A stretch of 64,000 nucleotides of DNA from an uncultured virus (IMG/VR IMGVR_UViG_3300033148_004307) (IMGVR_UViG_3300033148_004307), one strand, 5' to 3'; positions 33,843 to 46,421 are shown, numbered from the stretch's first letter. Notes: generated from the letters alone by a model not told the origin. Translations and numbers: made by a program.

Positions 33843-35432
33843 ATGATTGATGGTAATGAAATATTGGCAGATAAAGAAATTTATCTTGGTTGCCCTGTCC
33901 AGCATAAATTACATTTTCATAAATTCATTGAGAATAAAGATTTGTATTATCAGATGATTAAAAAATACATATCTTGTAAAGATGAACCACATTATGAAGA
34001 TGGACAAAAGAATGGTTATGAATTTTATGTAGGGGAACACAAATTCGTTTTCAAATCTAAGAAAGGAATATCCAATAGGAAATATGGAAATGGAAAATTA
34101 ATGCAGAATTTTGAATACACTTTCAAGTTAGAATATCCTGAAGGATTACCCAAATCAGAAACATTAGAAAAAGCATACATCTTATTTAAGCCATATAGTG
34201 AAGATTTCTATTATAAGGATGGTAAACCTCTTAAATTACCTTATGGAGAGGGAGTTGGGATTGAAATAGTTACTACATACAAAGAAATGAAGGATGTAGA
34301 TGTATTAGTGAGAAAAATACTAGAACATCTACAATTAGAGGAATTTCTTGAGTATGAAAATGTCGAATCTGGAGTAATAAGACAATGTGAATATTATGTT
34401 AGAGTGGATGATGAATATGAAGCTAGATTAGGAAATGTATTAAGAAAAATTGATGAAACAATATGCCTCTCAACCGATGTTTTTAGAAAAGTAACTGAAA
34501 AGAGAAATGGCACTAAATACAATTTATATTCCATCAGGTCTAATCAATTCAATGAATTAGGATTCTTCAATAATGATGGAAAAATAAGATATGGAATAAA
34601 ATTATATAGATTAAAGGATGATAGCAAATTAGAAGAAAATGACCCAATTAGACAACCTAAATTAGAAATCTATCTCGATGAACAGAAAAAAGATGATTTT
34701 CTTAAACTTGAATATCCCAGATTAGATGATTTCAGCAAATTGAAAGAAACAATGTTTCAAATATTGGGCAATATTCTACTATGGGCATCTGTACTTGAAG
34801 ATGGTTTGGTTCAAGATAAATTTTACGACCCAAAGAATGATGATAAATTCCTAGTACAACCCAAAAAAAATGCCTTTCAAAAGCTAAAGAATTTCTACGA
34901 GAGAGCAGAACCAAAATTAAGAAGTGAGTTGAGTCAGTTAGTATCAAAGGTTGATTATCTTAGAGCATTGGTACACGATGAAAATATAAATTATAACAAA
35001 TTAATGGAAAAAACAGGATTGGGTTATGAACGAATAAGAAAAATGACCAAAGAATTAGAAGATGATGGAATACTGAGCAGATTTAAAACCTCAGAAACCA
35101 AGATAGTATTCAAGAATAAAAAAGCCTACAAAATGATGAAAACTATGGTTAGACAATTGGATGCTGACCACAAAGAAAATAAACATACGAAAAAGAAACG
35201 ATTAATGACTAGAATCTCTAGCAGATTAAAAGCATGGAGAAAGAGAGTAGAAAGCAAAGAAGTTCCATTAGATAGTAAATTAGCTAAAATCCTATACAGA
35301 TTCAAAATATTAAAAGAAACAGATGTTGATTTCATAAATATAACGACTTTTAAAACAATGAAACAAAAACCACCACCTGAGTATTACAAGACAATGTTTT
35401 CTGATGGGCAGTTATCCGAAGGGTTTATATAG
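33843..35432 (+). CDS. Putative replication initiator with C-terminal wHTH, similar to the Rep-like family of betapleolipoviruses/haloarchaeal plasmids
   Basis: Ordered motifs GEGV, IRQCEYYVRVD, FRKV, GIKLY, DPIRQPKL, LVQDKFY, then wHTH (TGLGYERIRKMTKELEDDGIL); adjacent iterons. Confidence 0.65.
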   Translation: MIDGNEILADKEIYLGCPVQHKLHFHKFIENKDLYYQMIKKYISCKDEPHYEDGQKNGYEFYVGEHKFVFKSKKGISNRKYGNGKLMQNFEYTFKLEYPEGLPKSETLEKAYILFKPYSEDFYYKDGKPLKLPYGEGVGIEIVTTYKEMKDVDVLVRKILEHLQLEEFLEYENVESGVIRQCEYYVRVDDEYEARLGNVLRKIDETICLSTDVFRKVTEKRNGTKYNLYSIRSNQFNELGFFNNDGKIRYGIKLYRLKDDSKLEENDPIRQPKLEIYLDEQKKDDFLKLEYPRLDDFSKLKETMFQILGNILLWASVLEDGLVQDKFYDPKNDDKFLVQPKKNAFQKLKNFYERAEPKLRSELSQLVSKVDYLRALVHDENINYNKLMEKTGLGYERIRKMTKELEDDGILSRFKTSETKIVFKNKKAYKMMKTMVRQLDADHKENKHTKKKRLMTRISSRLKAWRKRVESKEVPLDSKLAKILYRFKILKETDVDFINITTFKTMKQKPPPEYYKTMFSDGQLSEGFI

Positions 35433-35492
35433 TTTCTGAGTATATACTAAGTATATACAAAGTAGTAACTTTGGTTAAATTTCGGTGGTAAT

Positions 35493-35981
35493 ATGAGTAC
35501 AGAAAAAACGATTGAACAAAAGGAAATCGTAGTTGAACGTACACATCCAGAAGTATTGGATAAGATGTACGATTTTTATACAGAAAACTATGGGTATTTT
35601 ATCCATAAAGCCCAAATGGATGGACTTGGTATTAAGCCAACAACAATGAATAATTTTAATGGAAATAAAAGAATGGCTAAAGGCAAATCATTTAAGCCAA
35701 TAACCAGAAAAAGAACATTCACTCCAAGAATACCAAAAGCACTTCCCCCAAAGGTAGCATTTCTTAAAAAAGAATTTAAATTTGTCATATCCAAAGCATA
35801 CAAAGAATGTGCAAATGAATACAAATATTATCAAAAAGCAGAAAATTGGATTAATGCACATCAAAAACTTACTGATTGGGAAAGAAAACAAATCTATGGA
35901 TATAGAATGTATGGGGAGAGCATTTTAGTAGACATTATTGAGAAAACAGGAAATACATTCAGATTAATGGATGAGGCATAA
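35493..35981 (+). CDS. Hypothetical protein
   Basis: 162 aa, GGTGGT RBS. Confidence 0.75.
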   Translation: MSTEKTIEQKEIVVERTHPEVLDKMYDFYTENYGYFIHKAQMDGLGIKPTTMNNFNGNKRMAKGKSFKPITRKRTFTPRIPKALPPKVAFLKKEFKFVISKAYKECANEYKYYQKAENWINAHQKLTDWERKQIYGYRMYGESILVDIIEKTGNTFRLMDEA

Positions 35982-36020
35982 TCAAAGGTTAAATTAGGCA
36001 TTACAGGGAAGTTGATTTTA

Positions 36021-36428
36021 ATGGAAAATGACGTATGTTCAAGATGTAATGGAAGTGGAGAATATTCTTATTCACAAAAATATGGAACTGTTTGTTTTAA
36101 ATGTGGTGGAACAGGAAAAAAATCAATAGTGAAAGATGTAGTACCATACATGAAGATAGATGCTAAAGTGGAGAGAAAACAACCAGAAATCGAATGTGAA
36201 ATGTGTGGAACAAAAATTACAAAACTATTTCATGTGGATTATGAAGATAAATCTGGTAGACCAATCTCAACCGATTTAGAAATCTGTTCAGATAATTGTT
36301 TAGATAGAATGGGAGATATGTATGGGGATATGGAATCAGATATTGATTACGAGCAATTAGAACAGAATTTAAATGATGATATGTATGAAGCAGAATCATT
36401 GTTCAATGATGATGATTTGGGGTGGTAA
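36021..36428 (+). CDS. Protein with DnaJ-type CxxCxGxG zinc finger and second Zn site
   Basis: CSRCNGSG...CFKCGGTG; CEMC...CSDNC. Confidence 0.7.
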   Translation: MENDVCSRCNGSGEYSYSQKYGTVCFKCGGTGKKSIVKDVVPYMKIDAKVERKQPEIECEMCGTKITKLFHVDYEDKSGRPISTDLEICSDNCLDRMGDMYGDMESDIDYEQLEQNLNDDMYEAESLFNDDDLGW

Positions 36429-36429
36429 T

Positions 36430-38109
36430 ATGGGTACAAAATACGAATTTGAACGTAGTAAACAGGATATTGCAGATGCAGTATTAAGACAAGCTGGAGA
36501 TATAAACAAAGGATTCATAGAGGCAATACAAAATTCTTATGATGCTATGATTAAAAAACCAAAATCAAATCCAATAGAAATAGAAGTGTTGGATGATGAA
36601 ACGATTTTAATTAAAGACTCTGGAAAAGGCTTTGATAATATTGAGGATTTTAGGTTATTTGGAAGGGATGATAATAAAGGAGTAGGCAAAGGCAAAGAAG
36701 AATTAGGAGAATTTCATATTGGGCGTGGACAAATTTTCGCTATGGCTAGTGTGAAAGAAGATAACAGTAGAGATATTGTATTTTATACTAAACTTAAAAG
36801 AAAGAAAATAAAAATCCACAATATAAAATTATTATCAGATGATGTTAGTTTTGAAGTGGATTATGTAAATCACGAATATGATGGTACTGCAATAGTAATT
36901 AAGAATGAAAAATTTGATTATTATGAAATTCTTGAATACCTCACAAAAACATTAAAATTCTTTCCTAGAAGAATAACTTTGAATGGTAAAACAATTACAG
37001 AGAATCCAACATTAGAAAATACAAAAACAAAGTGGATATTAGATACAGAATATGCAAAAATATATTTCACTAATGCTAGTGGTGGATTCAGTTTATACAA
37101 TCTAGGATTATTCGTTAATAGGGAAGATATGGGAGAGGGATTCAGAGGATATATTTTCACTAAAACTAATTTAAAATTAGACAGGGCTAGAACATCTGTA
37201 ATGTATGATGATAAAAGATATGATAGTATTAAGAAAGAAATTAAATGGAAATGTGTAATGAAAACATTAATATTGCCTAGACCCACCCATTCCCAAAAAT
37301 CAGGTATGCTCAGAATGTCAGGAAAGAATACACAAATAGCAGAAGTAACAAGAGATAAAAAAATAATACCATTGGCTAATGGAAAATGGATTACACCAAG
37401 AGAATTAGAACATCTTGATATGGTCTATATTTCTAATGGTAAAAACAAAAGTACAGAGGATGATGCAATTCAATCAGGATATGTTGTATTAGAAAATAAC
37501 TATAATGTAACTGAATATTGTGAAAGAAAAGATATTGAAATGAAGGATTTTAATTACTGTCCAATAAAACAATCTGAACACAAACAATTATGTGAAACTA
37601 CCTATACTAAAACAGAAAAAGAAGTCCTTAGTGAAATGTTATATTTCTGCAAAGAAAGAAAATTAACAATGGGTTTAAACAATAGTGCAAATGGATGGAC
37701 AGATGGGGCTAATTACATCACTATCAATAGGAAAAGATATGATTTTGAACAATGGAACAATGGTGGAAAATTCCAATTCGTTTGGAAATTTGTAGAGTTA
37801 ATAGCTCACGAATTAAGCCATGATGTAACAAATGCACTAACAAATGAGCATGGGGAAGAATTTGATAAATTAAACTTAGAGCATCTTGAAAGATTAGGAG
37901 TAAAATATTCAAAATGGGTCGCTAGACAAATTAAAAAACAAATCAAAGAGGAATCAGGAGAGAAATTCACTACAAGAATAATCAGGAATAAAGATAGTGA
38001 AGGTAATTTAATAGTAAAAATACAAATTCCAAAAGATATGGAAAATAAGCACAAATTACTCAAGAAAAAAGAAGTTGAATTATCATTATTGGGAAGTTTA
38101 AAATATTAG
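36430..38109 (+). CDS. GHKL (Hsp90/MORC-like) ATPase with C-terminal HExxH domain and AbrB-like tail
   Basis: EAIQNSYDA, IKDSGKGF, GEFHIGRG, GTAI; AHELSH...HGEEF. Confidence 0.8.
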   Translation: MGTKYEFERSKQDIADAVLRQAGDINKGFIEAIQNSYDAMIKKPKSNPIEIEVLDDETILIKDSGKGFDNIEDFRLFGRDDNKGVGKGKEELGEFHIGRGQIFAMASVKEDNSRDIVFYTKLKRKKIKIHNIKLLSDDVSFEVDYVNHEYDGTAIVIKNEKFDYYEILEYLTKTLKFFPRRITLNGKTITENPTLENTKTKWILDTEYAKIYFTNASGGFSLYNLGLFVNREDMGEGFRGYIFTKTNLKLDRARTSVMYDDKRYDSIKKEIKWKCVMKTLILPRPTHSQKSGMLRMSGKNTQIAEVTRDKKIIPLANGKWITPRELEHLDMVYISNGKNKSTEDDAIQSGYVVLENNYNVTEYCERKDIEMKDFNYCPIKQSEHKQLCETTYTKTEKEVLSEMLYFCKERKLTMGLNNSANGWTDGANYITINRKRYDFEQWNNGGKFQFVWKFVELIAHELSHDVTNALTNEHGEEFDKLNLEHLERLGVKYSKWVARQIKKQIKEESGEKFTTRIIRNKDSEGNLIVKIQIPKDMENKHKLLKKKEVELSLLGSLKY

Positions 38110-38129
38110 GCACTACAGGAGAGATTGAA

Positions 38130-40404
38130 ATGAATATTTACACACAATGGGAAAAGAAACCACTCGACAATCTTAGAGGGGTTTATCTTCAAGATAAAGA
38201 ATCATTTGAGAAAGATAAACCAGATATAATTGAAGAAAGGAAATTAGAAACAGGACACATGGATTTCGATTTAGGTAAGAAATATTGGAAATGCTACGTG
38301 GTAGATTTAGGAGAGAAAGAAAAGGGAATAGTATTAGTATTTGATAAGAAGCAAAAAGAAGCCGATAAAGGCACTCAATAATAATAATGATAGATTATAC
38401 AATATATACTAGATAATAGCTAAAAAGGGGCTTAAAACCCCCTTTAATGAAGTAAAATAAAACAACTCTAAGGTGGTAATAATGGAAATTTGTACTGAAT
38501 GTAAAGAGGAAAAAGTAAAGACAATAATCTGGGAATACGATTGTAAACGAACTGTCTATAGTTGCAGATGCACTACAGAAAGATACCTCAAAGAACTATT
38601 AGCACAGGGATTTATAGATAAATGTAAATCATGTCAAAAATACATCCTACAGGATTATACTGTAGAGTTACCAAAGCAATACGAATGTGAATGTTAGGCA
38701 CTACAATAAGGTGGTTTCAATGGTAAATGTAAGTAAAATCAATAACAATTCAGTAGAATTTCAACAACTAATGAAATCAGAGCTTGGATGTAGGGAATGT
38801 ACTAAACATGGAAATTGCCTTATCGGATTCAAAGTAGAAGATGGTTCATGTGAATGTGGAGTAATAATCAAATACAAATATTCTGTGAAAAAACCAAAGT
38901 CAAAAGTGGAATTTAAAGAAGTTGGTAGCACTTGTATTATGGTTTTGCCATGTATATTAAAATGGTTAAGGAGAGCAACTTGCAAAGTATCTTATGGCAG
39001 AACAAAGGAACAGGAAATCAAATGGCATTTCAATACAATTAAGAAAAGTCGTGGCTACATTGATGGTGTAAGAGTAAGGAATGACCTTCTTTACGGAACA
39101 TACAGTAATGGATGGTAATGGTGGTAATATGGATGAAAAAACAGTAGATGAAATGAATAAAATAGATTATGAGGAAGAAATGAACAAATATAGAATACTT
39201 GCAACAGAACATGGAGAAATGGTATTCAGGATTCAAGAATTGTTGGAAAAGGGAGAAATATCTGGTCAGGATGGATTCTATTTATTAAATGGCTATCATG
39301 TAAAGATTGATAATTTTACATATACAGATTCATTTTATGTAAGGGTAGAGGAAGAAACAATAATCGAAAACACTACTTATGAGAAAGCTGAAACTGTATT
39401 TAATGAACATTATGGACATAGTAGAAATGTAATCTTAGGATATGATGATGAAAAAGAAGGTGTGGGATATATCTTAAAAGACTAATATACTAGGCACTAC
39501 AATTAAGAAGATGGTAATATGGAAATAACTAAAAAGAAATTAGGTACAAGAAATATTTGTGGATATTGCAGTAATAAAGATAATTTGAAAATATGTAATC
39601 CATGCTCATGGTTTACAGGCAAATATCCTACAAATTACATAGGTAAAAAATTCAAAAGCACTAAAGGTATGGATGCAATATTTTGAAGGTGGTAATATGA
39701 ATAAAAAACAAATTGATTTAATTGAGTACATCAACAATTATGATGGCGATATAACTAGAGAGGATATGTATGGGGCTATCAAATACCTATCGGATATGGG
39801 GGATAGCTTTCATCCATACATGAGATATGGAAGATACAAAAACGAAATATTAGATGAATAATTAGGCACTACAGGATTGATTTTCATGGCTAAAAAGAAT
39901 TGGTATGACCAGAAATATAGGGTAAAAAAACCAGATGGCACTACTACAGAAAAGAAATTCTATGATATTAATCCAGAAGATGCTTTTTATGTGTGGAAAG
40001 ATTACAATATGAAAGTGAACAATAAAAGAGTCAATTATAAATTCTGGGATATGTGTAAATGGGAAATAACACCAGAGAATTATTTTGAATTTATGAGGAA
40101 AGAAGGATATAAAACCTTCATTTATCCTCACAAAATATTAAGTGGGGAAGGATACCCAGAAAAACCAAAACCCCAAACATTTTTGTATGAAGGGATATTT
40201 GGAGATAATCAATATTACAATTGTAAAGAAAATTCTCCTGTAGGAGTATATACCAGATTACATGAATTTATAGCTTTTATTAATAATGAAACATCATTTT
40301 ACATGAAGTTTCAAAAACCAAAGAACCCATTTAAACCCAAAGCAAAGCCATGTAGAAAATGTGGTTCTAAAACTAAGAAGGATTGCACTTGTAAAAATAA
40401 GTAG
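38130..40404 (+). other. Array of small hypothetical genes (38130-38381, 38482-38697, 38720-39118, 39129-39485, 39697-39861, 39886-40404)
   Basis: Abutting + ORFs with RBS and motif A linkers. Confidence 0.7.
38424..38445. terminator. Hairpin AAAGGGG/CCCCTTT, possible terminator
   Basis: Intergenic stem-loop after 38130-38381. Confidence 0.4.
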
Positions 40405-40412
40405 GTGGTAAT

Positions 40413-41114
40413 ATGCCAATGAATAAATCTAAAGGAAATATGTATGGATTTATAACTCATACTAAAAATGTAATTAAAGGTAAATGTGAGCATGATTGTT
40501 CATATTGTTTTATCAAATCCATGTATAAAGGTAAATTATTTGATATGCCATGTAGATTCGATGAAAAAGAATTAAAAGAGAATTTATACAAAGATAGCAC
40601 GAAAGAAAAAAGAAATTTCATATTTTTTGGTTCTAGTACAGATATGTTTGGAGAATGGGTATTGGATGAATGGATAAGTAGAGTAATAGATTATTGTAAT
40701 AGTTATCCAGAAAATAAATATCTCTTTCAAAGTAAGAATGTAAAAAATCTCTATTCTGCCATCTGTATGTTTGATTTCTATGAAAATAGCACAATAGCCA
40801 CAACCATTGAAACAAATCGACATAATGAATGGTCTAAAGCCCCAAATGTGATTGAGAGAGCATATTATCTAAGAAAAATCGGTAAAATGGATTATAAAAC
40901 AATGGTTACTATAGAACCTATTATTGATTTTGATTTAGAAGAAATGATTTCAATATTAGAATTGGCAAATCCAGATATTATTACAATGGGTGGAGATAGT
41001 AAAAATAACAATTTACCTGAACCCAAAAAAGAAAAAACTGATTCATTAATTACATATTTTAAAGATAAAAAGAACGTAATTTTGAAGGATAATTTAGGAA
41101 GGTTGATAAAATGA
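40413..41114 (+). CDS. Radical-SAM-like protein, DUF5131 / phage Gp37-Gp68 family
   Basis: CEHDCSYC; FFGSSTDMFG; YLFQSKN; VTIEPI. Confidence 0.75.
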   Translation: MPMNKSKGNMYGFITHTKNVIKGKCEHDCSYCFIKSMYKGKLFDMPCRFDEKELKENLYKDSTKEKRNFIFFGSSTDMFGEWVLDEWISRVIDYCNSYPENKYLFQSKNVKNLYSAICMFDFYENSTIATTIETNRHNEWSKAPNVIERAYYLRKIGKMDYKTMVTIEPIIDFDLEEMISILELANPDIITMGGDSKNNNLPEPKKEKTDSLITYFKDKKNVILKDNLGRLIK

Positions 41115-41938
41115 AGATATTTAAGAAATTATCAACAAAACAAAAAGAAATAGTGGGTAGATTAATCAATGGAGAAAGAATCTTATATAACCATTGGGTA
41201 TCAAATATTTGTTATAGGATGGAAGGGGAAGAAAAATCATTGAATTGGAATACAGTAAGGAAATTAGAAGAATTAAATCTGTTAAGAAAGATTGGAGATA
41301 AAAATCAATTCATAAAAGTTATCGGATTCAATTGGGATTTAGAAGTAAAATCAGAATAATTAGGCACTACAGAGGGATATTATGACGTATGGAATAATAA
41401 CAAAATGGGAAGAAATGGATGGATATGAATATGATGAATTTGGAGAGCATCAAAAAATCAAAGAAAGAACTATATTAACACTATATCCAGATTATCATTC
41501 AGCTAGTGAATCATTTGTTCAATTAGCAGATGCAAATGATGATGTAACAAAAGTAAAAGTAATCTGGGAAGGGCATATAAATAAAATTAAGAACGTAAAA
41601 CAATAGGTAACAAAAAGAGAGATTGAAATGTATGAAAATAAATTTGATTCACAGATAAAAATAGAAATGAAACTAAAAAGAATATTATTCAGATTCGGAG
41701 TCATTACAGAATTGGACATTAACAGAATGAAAAAAGGTGGTACTATGGTAGAAACTATTGAAGAAAAAATAGAAAGCACGATTGGTTTAATAGATTGTGC
41801 TACAGAGGAATTGCAAGTAATAAAAAAACATTTGGAAAAACCAGATGTTGAAAAAGCAAATGAACTGATAAGGACATTTGTAAAACAAATAGGAGATTTT
41901 GAAGAAATAAACAGTTAGGCACTACAGGAAGGATAAAT

Positions 41939-42187
41939 ATGAAAACCCAGAGAATACGAGAAAAAGTAAAAAAGTATTTGGAAGATGGGGCTAAAAGCAC
42001 TATTGAGATTCTTGATTATATTAATGATAACTCACGACATGGAACTACGTGTCAGCAATTGGGAAATGTACTATCCAAAGATAGAGATATTGTTAAGGTA
42101 GGACTTGTTAAACGTGGGGCTATCACATCAGGTACTTACAATATTTGTGAATGGGCATTAAAAGATAAAAATACGTATACCTTATAA
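41939..42187 (+). CDS. DUF3860-like winged-helix protein
   Basis: RHGTTCQQLGNVLSKDRDIVKVG...ICEWA, recognisable from Thermoplasmata proteins. Confidence 0.75.
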   Translation: MKTQRIREKVKKYLEDGAKSTIEILDYINDNSRHGTTCQQLGNVLSKDRDIVKVGLVKRGAITSGTYNICEWALKDKNTYTL

Positions 42188-42501
42188 GATAGATGAAAAA
42201 TCAAAGCACAATAGGAAAGGGATAATCATGGGAAAAAATACATGGACAGATGAATACAAAGAAGCATACAAAATGGGATTGATAAATGTAAGCGATTACA
42301 TGGATAAAGAGGAAGGTTTCAATGCTTTTGATGGTTCTACTGCACTAGCAATAGTATTCAAAATATCAAAGGAAGAAACACTTGAAGATTTATTAGGAAT
42401 AAGAAAATAATTACTAGCGATTAAAGATAACAAAGAAGCCGATAAAGGCACGTAATTAAAATATCACACTATCCCCACCGAAAGTAGAAAAAAAGCTATT
42501 T

Positions 42502-42523
42502 AGGGGCTATTTAGCCCCTTTTT
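42502..42523 (+). terminator. Hairpin AGGGGCTA/TAGCCCCT plus T run
   Basis: 8-bp stem followed by TTTT in an intergenic gap. Confidence 0.5.
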
Positions 42524-42576
42524 AGCAACAATTTGGAATACAATTAAGTTAATTCGTAACAAAGGAGAGGAAAAAT

Positions 42577-45500
42577 ATGACACATTATATAGTAGCAGTA
42601 AAGACAATGGATTTTGGAATACAAATCTATACATTCAAATCAGAGGAAAGAAGAACAGATTTCATTAATGAATTAAAAAGCGAACAATCTAATTTACAGT
42701 TTGGAAAACTTGAGTTTGCCACTTCTGAATTAGAAGAATAACTAGGCACTACAGGAGAGGAAGAATATGAGTAAAGAACAATTCGTAGTAGCATTTGATA
42801 AAGTAGAATCAATATTGAAACACTTTTTGAATATTGGACATATTGACCAGAATACTTATGATGGAATGTTAAGTCATTTTATTTCATATAAAAATATAGG
42901 CATAGTTTAACTGTAAATTATTAGGCACTACAGGAGAGGATAATTATGAGCTTTCACAAACATATTGAAACTATTAAAGGCAATACTCCAGAATTGATAA
43001 ATATCTTGGAAAAGGCACTTAATGATAGATTAAAAACTAATGTATCAATAGATGAAAATAATATTTTAAAATCGTGGTATGAAGAATTTACAGAAGAAAA
43101 TTGTAAAAAAGAAGGATACGATTTTAAGAATAACGATGGAACAAATTTTGTTGGATTAATAAATTATGAGGGTATATTATACGAATTTAATATGTTCTCT
43201 AAAGGTAATAATATCAAAAGAATTGACATTCATCAAGAAACATAGGAATAACTAGGCACTACAGGATTGATTGAAATGAGTTTAAGAATAAAAATTGATA
43301 AAGATGGTCAGAATATTGACCAATATGGTAGAGTATTAGAATACAACCACAAAGGAGAATTAGTACCTACAGGAAGATGTACGAGTACAAATCATTAATA
43401 TGCACTACAGGATTGATTGAAATGGATGAAGAATATTGTTCGGATTGCGATTCGGTACTGACTCTTGAAGATAAAAGTATGTCTACATACGATGCAAAAG
43501 AAGAATCAAATTACTGTAAGAGTTGCATAGCTAGTTTTCAAGATGATTTAGAAGTAGATTTCCATAATGAGATACTTGAAGATATACAGGGAAGAAATAT
43601 AATCAGCATCAATGATGATTAATTGATAAAAAGGAGAGGATTACAATGGAAAACAATTTCAAAGCACATGGAAGTTACACAGTAACAAACACACTTGGGT
43701 ATGAAATCGAACTTAGCGATTGTGGAGATATGGCTAGAGTCAAAGAATGGGGGGATGGTTCTAAAGTATCAGAATGGATGGAAATAGAATACAGAGAAAA
43801 TCCAGATGCAGATAATGAAGATGATTCATTAGAACCAATAATAGACCCAGATGGCTACAATATATCATTGAATTTAGTAATGAGAATAAATAGATAATAT
43901 TAGGCACTACAATAAAGAGGGATTGAAATGGAAAAAGGAGATTATAAACGATTAGCAAATCTATTAAGCAAATATTCTGAGGTAAGAGAAAAAGAATATG
44001 ATAAAAAAGTTACTATTGATGAATTAACAGATGAAGTATGGGATGAATGGAATTATAGGAATGTTTAACTAGGCACTACATTGAAAGGGATTGATAAATA
44101 TGGACACGATTAAAAAATACAATCAATTGAAAAGTGAAATAGACACTCTTAGAGGGGATTATGAACCGAAAATAACACAATGCTATCAATTAGAAAATGA
44201 AGTTAGAAATCTTTTTAAGGATATTATATTGGAATTAGATTTACTATCTAAAATGGAATGGGAATATGAACATTCTACTCATGGTGTACCAATCCTAACA
44301 AATCCATCTTATATTGATGAATATAATTTTCCCTCTTATATTGCTGATGGATTATACCCTCATGGGAGAATATATTTATCAAAGGATATTAGACTACTAG
44401 GGGATGATGGACAAATTAGTATTGTTATTGGTACAGATTCTACAAATGAAGAAATTAAATCCTTCATCACATCCTTTAAAATTAAAATCAAATTAAATTC
44501 TATTGATGAAGATATAAAGAAATTCAAAGAGAAAATATCACAGTTAGAAGGAATCAAAGATAAATTCATTAAGTTTAATTCAGAGGGATAAAATGGTCAG
44601 AATTAAAGGTCATAGAGTTTGTTATTTCTGTAAAGGGGCTTTTAGAAAAGACACTAAGGAAATAGAAAAAAGACCAATCCATTTACATGGCATATATCAA
44701 CCAATGGCTATGTTGTGGGTATGTAGAGAATGTAGTAGAAAAAGACTTGAACAAAAAAAGGAGAGGAATCAAATGATAAAAGAAGATGAAAAATGTTGTA
44801 TTTGTGGTGGAGATTTCGAGCAGAAACATGGCAATAATGCTCTACCTATCAAAGATGGTAGATGTTGTACTAAATGCGATTATGAGGTGGTAATACCAAA
44901 GAGAATCGAGAATCTAAGGAAAGAAAAGCCAATATATTGAAGGTGGAAATATGCAATCAATAAGTCTAAGTGATTGGATAGAAAAAACTAGAGATAATAT
45001 TTACAAACAAAATATAATGTGTATTTCGGATAATGTAAAAAGAAATGGAAAATTGGAATTACTCAACCAATTAGAAAATGAGAGAGAAAATATTACGAGT
45101 ATTTATTAGGCACTACAGGATTGATAATCATGTCAGGAAATACAATTAAATGTCCAGATTGTGAATGGAAAGCACAATTTAAAAGTAATCCAAGAATGAA
45201 AAAACTAGCACAAAGATTATTTGAAAAACATAGAAAAGAAAATCATTGAAGGGATTGAAATGTTGGAATTTGTGATAAAAAATTATAAGAATCAAGATAA
45301 TGAAAAACAAATCATTGAAGCACTACCAAAATTAGATAAAATAGTCTTTAATTTAACGTGTGGATTAATTCAAAATGTATTAGATGAATTGGATTTAAAA
45401 ATTGAATCTATGATTGATGATAAAGTCTTTGATTTAGAAGAAAAGCTAAATGAAAAATTCAATAAAAAATTTGAAGATTTAGAATGGGATATGAGGCAGA

Positions 45501-45984
45501 ATCAAAAGTAGGTGGTAATGTGAATCCAACAAAAGAAGATGTAATCCACTTTTTAAAAGTGGTAGATGATTTGTATGATGAATCAGTAATAGGGGAAGAA
45601 ATTAAGAATTTAGTACATTCTAACTTTGATGTATTAACTAAATAATCAGGCACTACAGGATTGATTAATATGACTCAATGGAATATAAAATTAGGAAGTA
45701 GATTATGTCCTCACTCTGATGGATATGGGGGATGTAAACACCCTAAGAGTAGAACCTCTATATTGTTTGACAAATATGGATATGATGTACCCTGTAGGAT
45801 AAAGCATTGTCCAATAAAAGTAAAGGAAGAAAAAAAAGAAGCCCCCATACATTTACTAGAAGTTAATAATCCAGAGAAAACTATGTGTGGATGGTGGACA
45901 GATAAAGATGATAAGATTAAAACAACAGATTCAAAAAGTAATATCACTTGTAAAAAGTGCTTACAAAAGATGAAAAAGGAATGA
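42577..45984 (+). other. Densest motif-A-delimited microgene array (including 42946-43245, 43646-43897, 44100-44591, 44593-44940, 45130-45249 C2H2 finger, 45260-45511, 45670-45984)
   Basis: Eight motif A copies in 3 kb, each followed by RBS and ATG. Confidence 0.75.
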
Positions 45985-46010
45985 TAAAGAATCTAACAAA
46001 TAGTGGTAAT

Positions 46011-46421
46011 ATGAATAAGAAATTATTAAAAATATTGTATATCTCTGATGATTTTAGTGATTCCTCATGGAAAATGTATAAAGAAAACATATTCGAGGGG
46101 GATTATTTCTATTCTGAAGAATCAAACACACATAACTTTGATGCAGAATTAGTTAAAACAATTAGTGATGGACTAATTAAAACTAAGAGCAATAAATATG
46201 ATTTTGTATTGGTCGATTATGGATTAATCGGAAATGAAAGAAAAGAATTTAGAAAATTAATCAATAAGGAATTTGTGATTTTAACAGGGGCATTAGATAG
46301 GCACTACATTAAGAACGATTTGGAAAATAGCCCTTATGATTATCCAGAATTAGATATTGTTAGTTTCAATTCAGATGAAGTTATTGGAGATTTATATCAT
46401 ATTTTGAGAAAATTAAAGTGA
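46011..46421 (+). CDS. Stand-alone response-regulator receiver-like protein
   Basis: ILYISDD, YDFVLVDYGL, VILTG. Confidence 0.6.
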   Translation: MNKKLLKILYISDDFSDSSWKMYKENIFEGDYFYSEESNTHNFDAELVKTISDGLIKTKSNKYDFVLVDYGLIGNERKEFRKLINKEFVILTGALDRHYIKNDLENSPYDYPELDIVSFNSDEVIGDLYHILRKLK

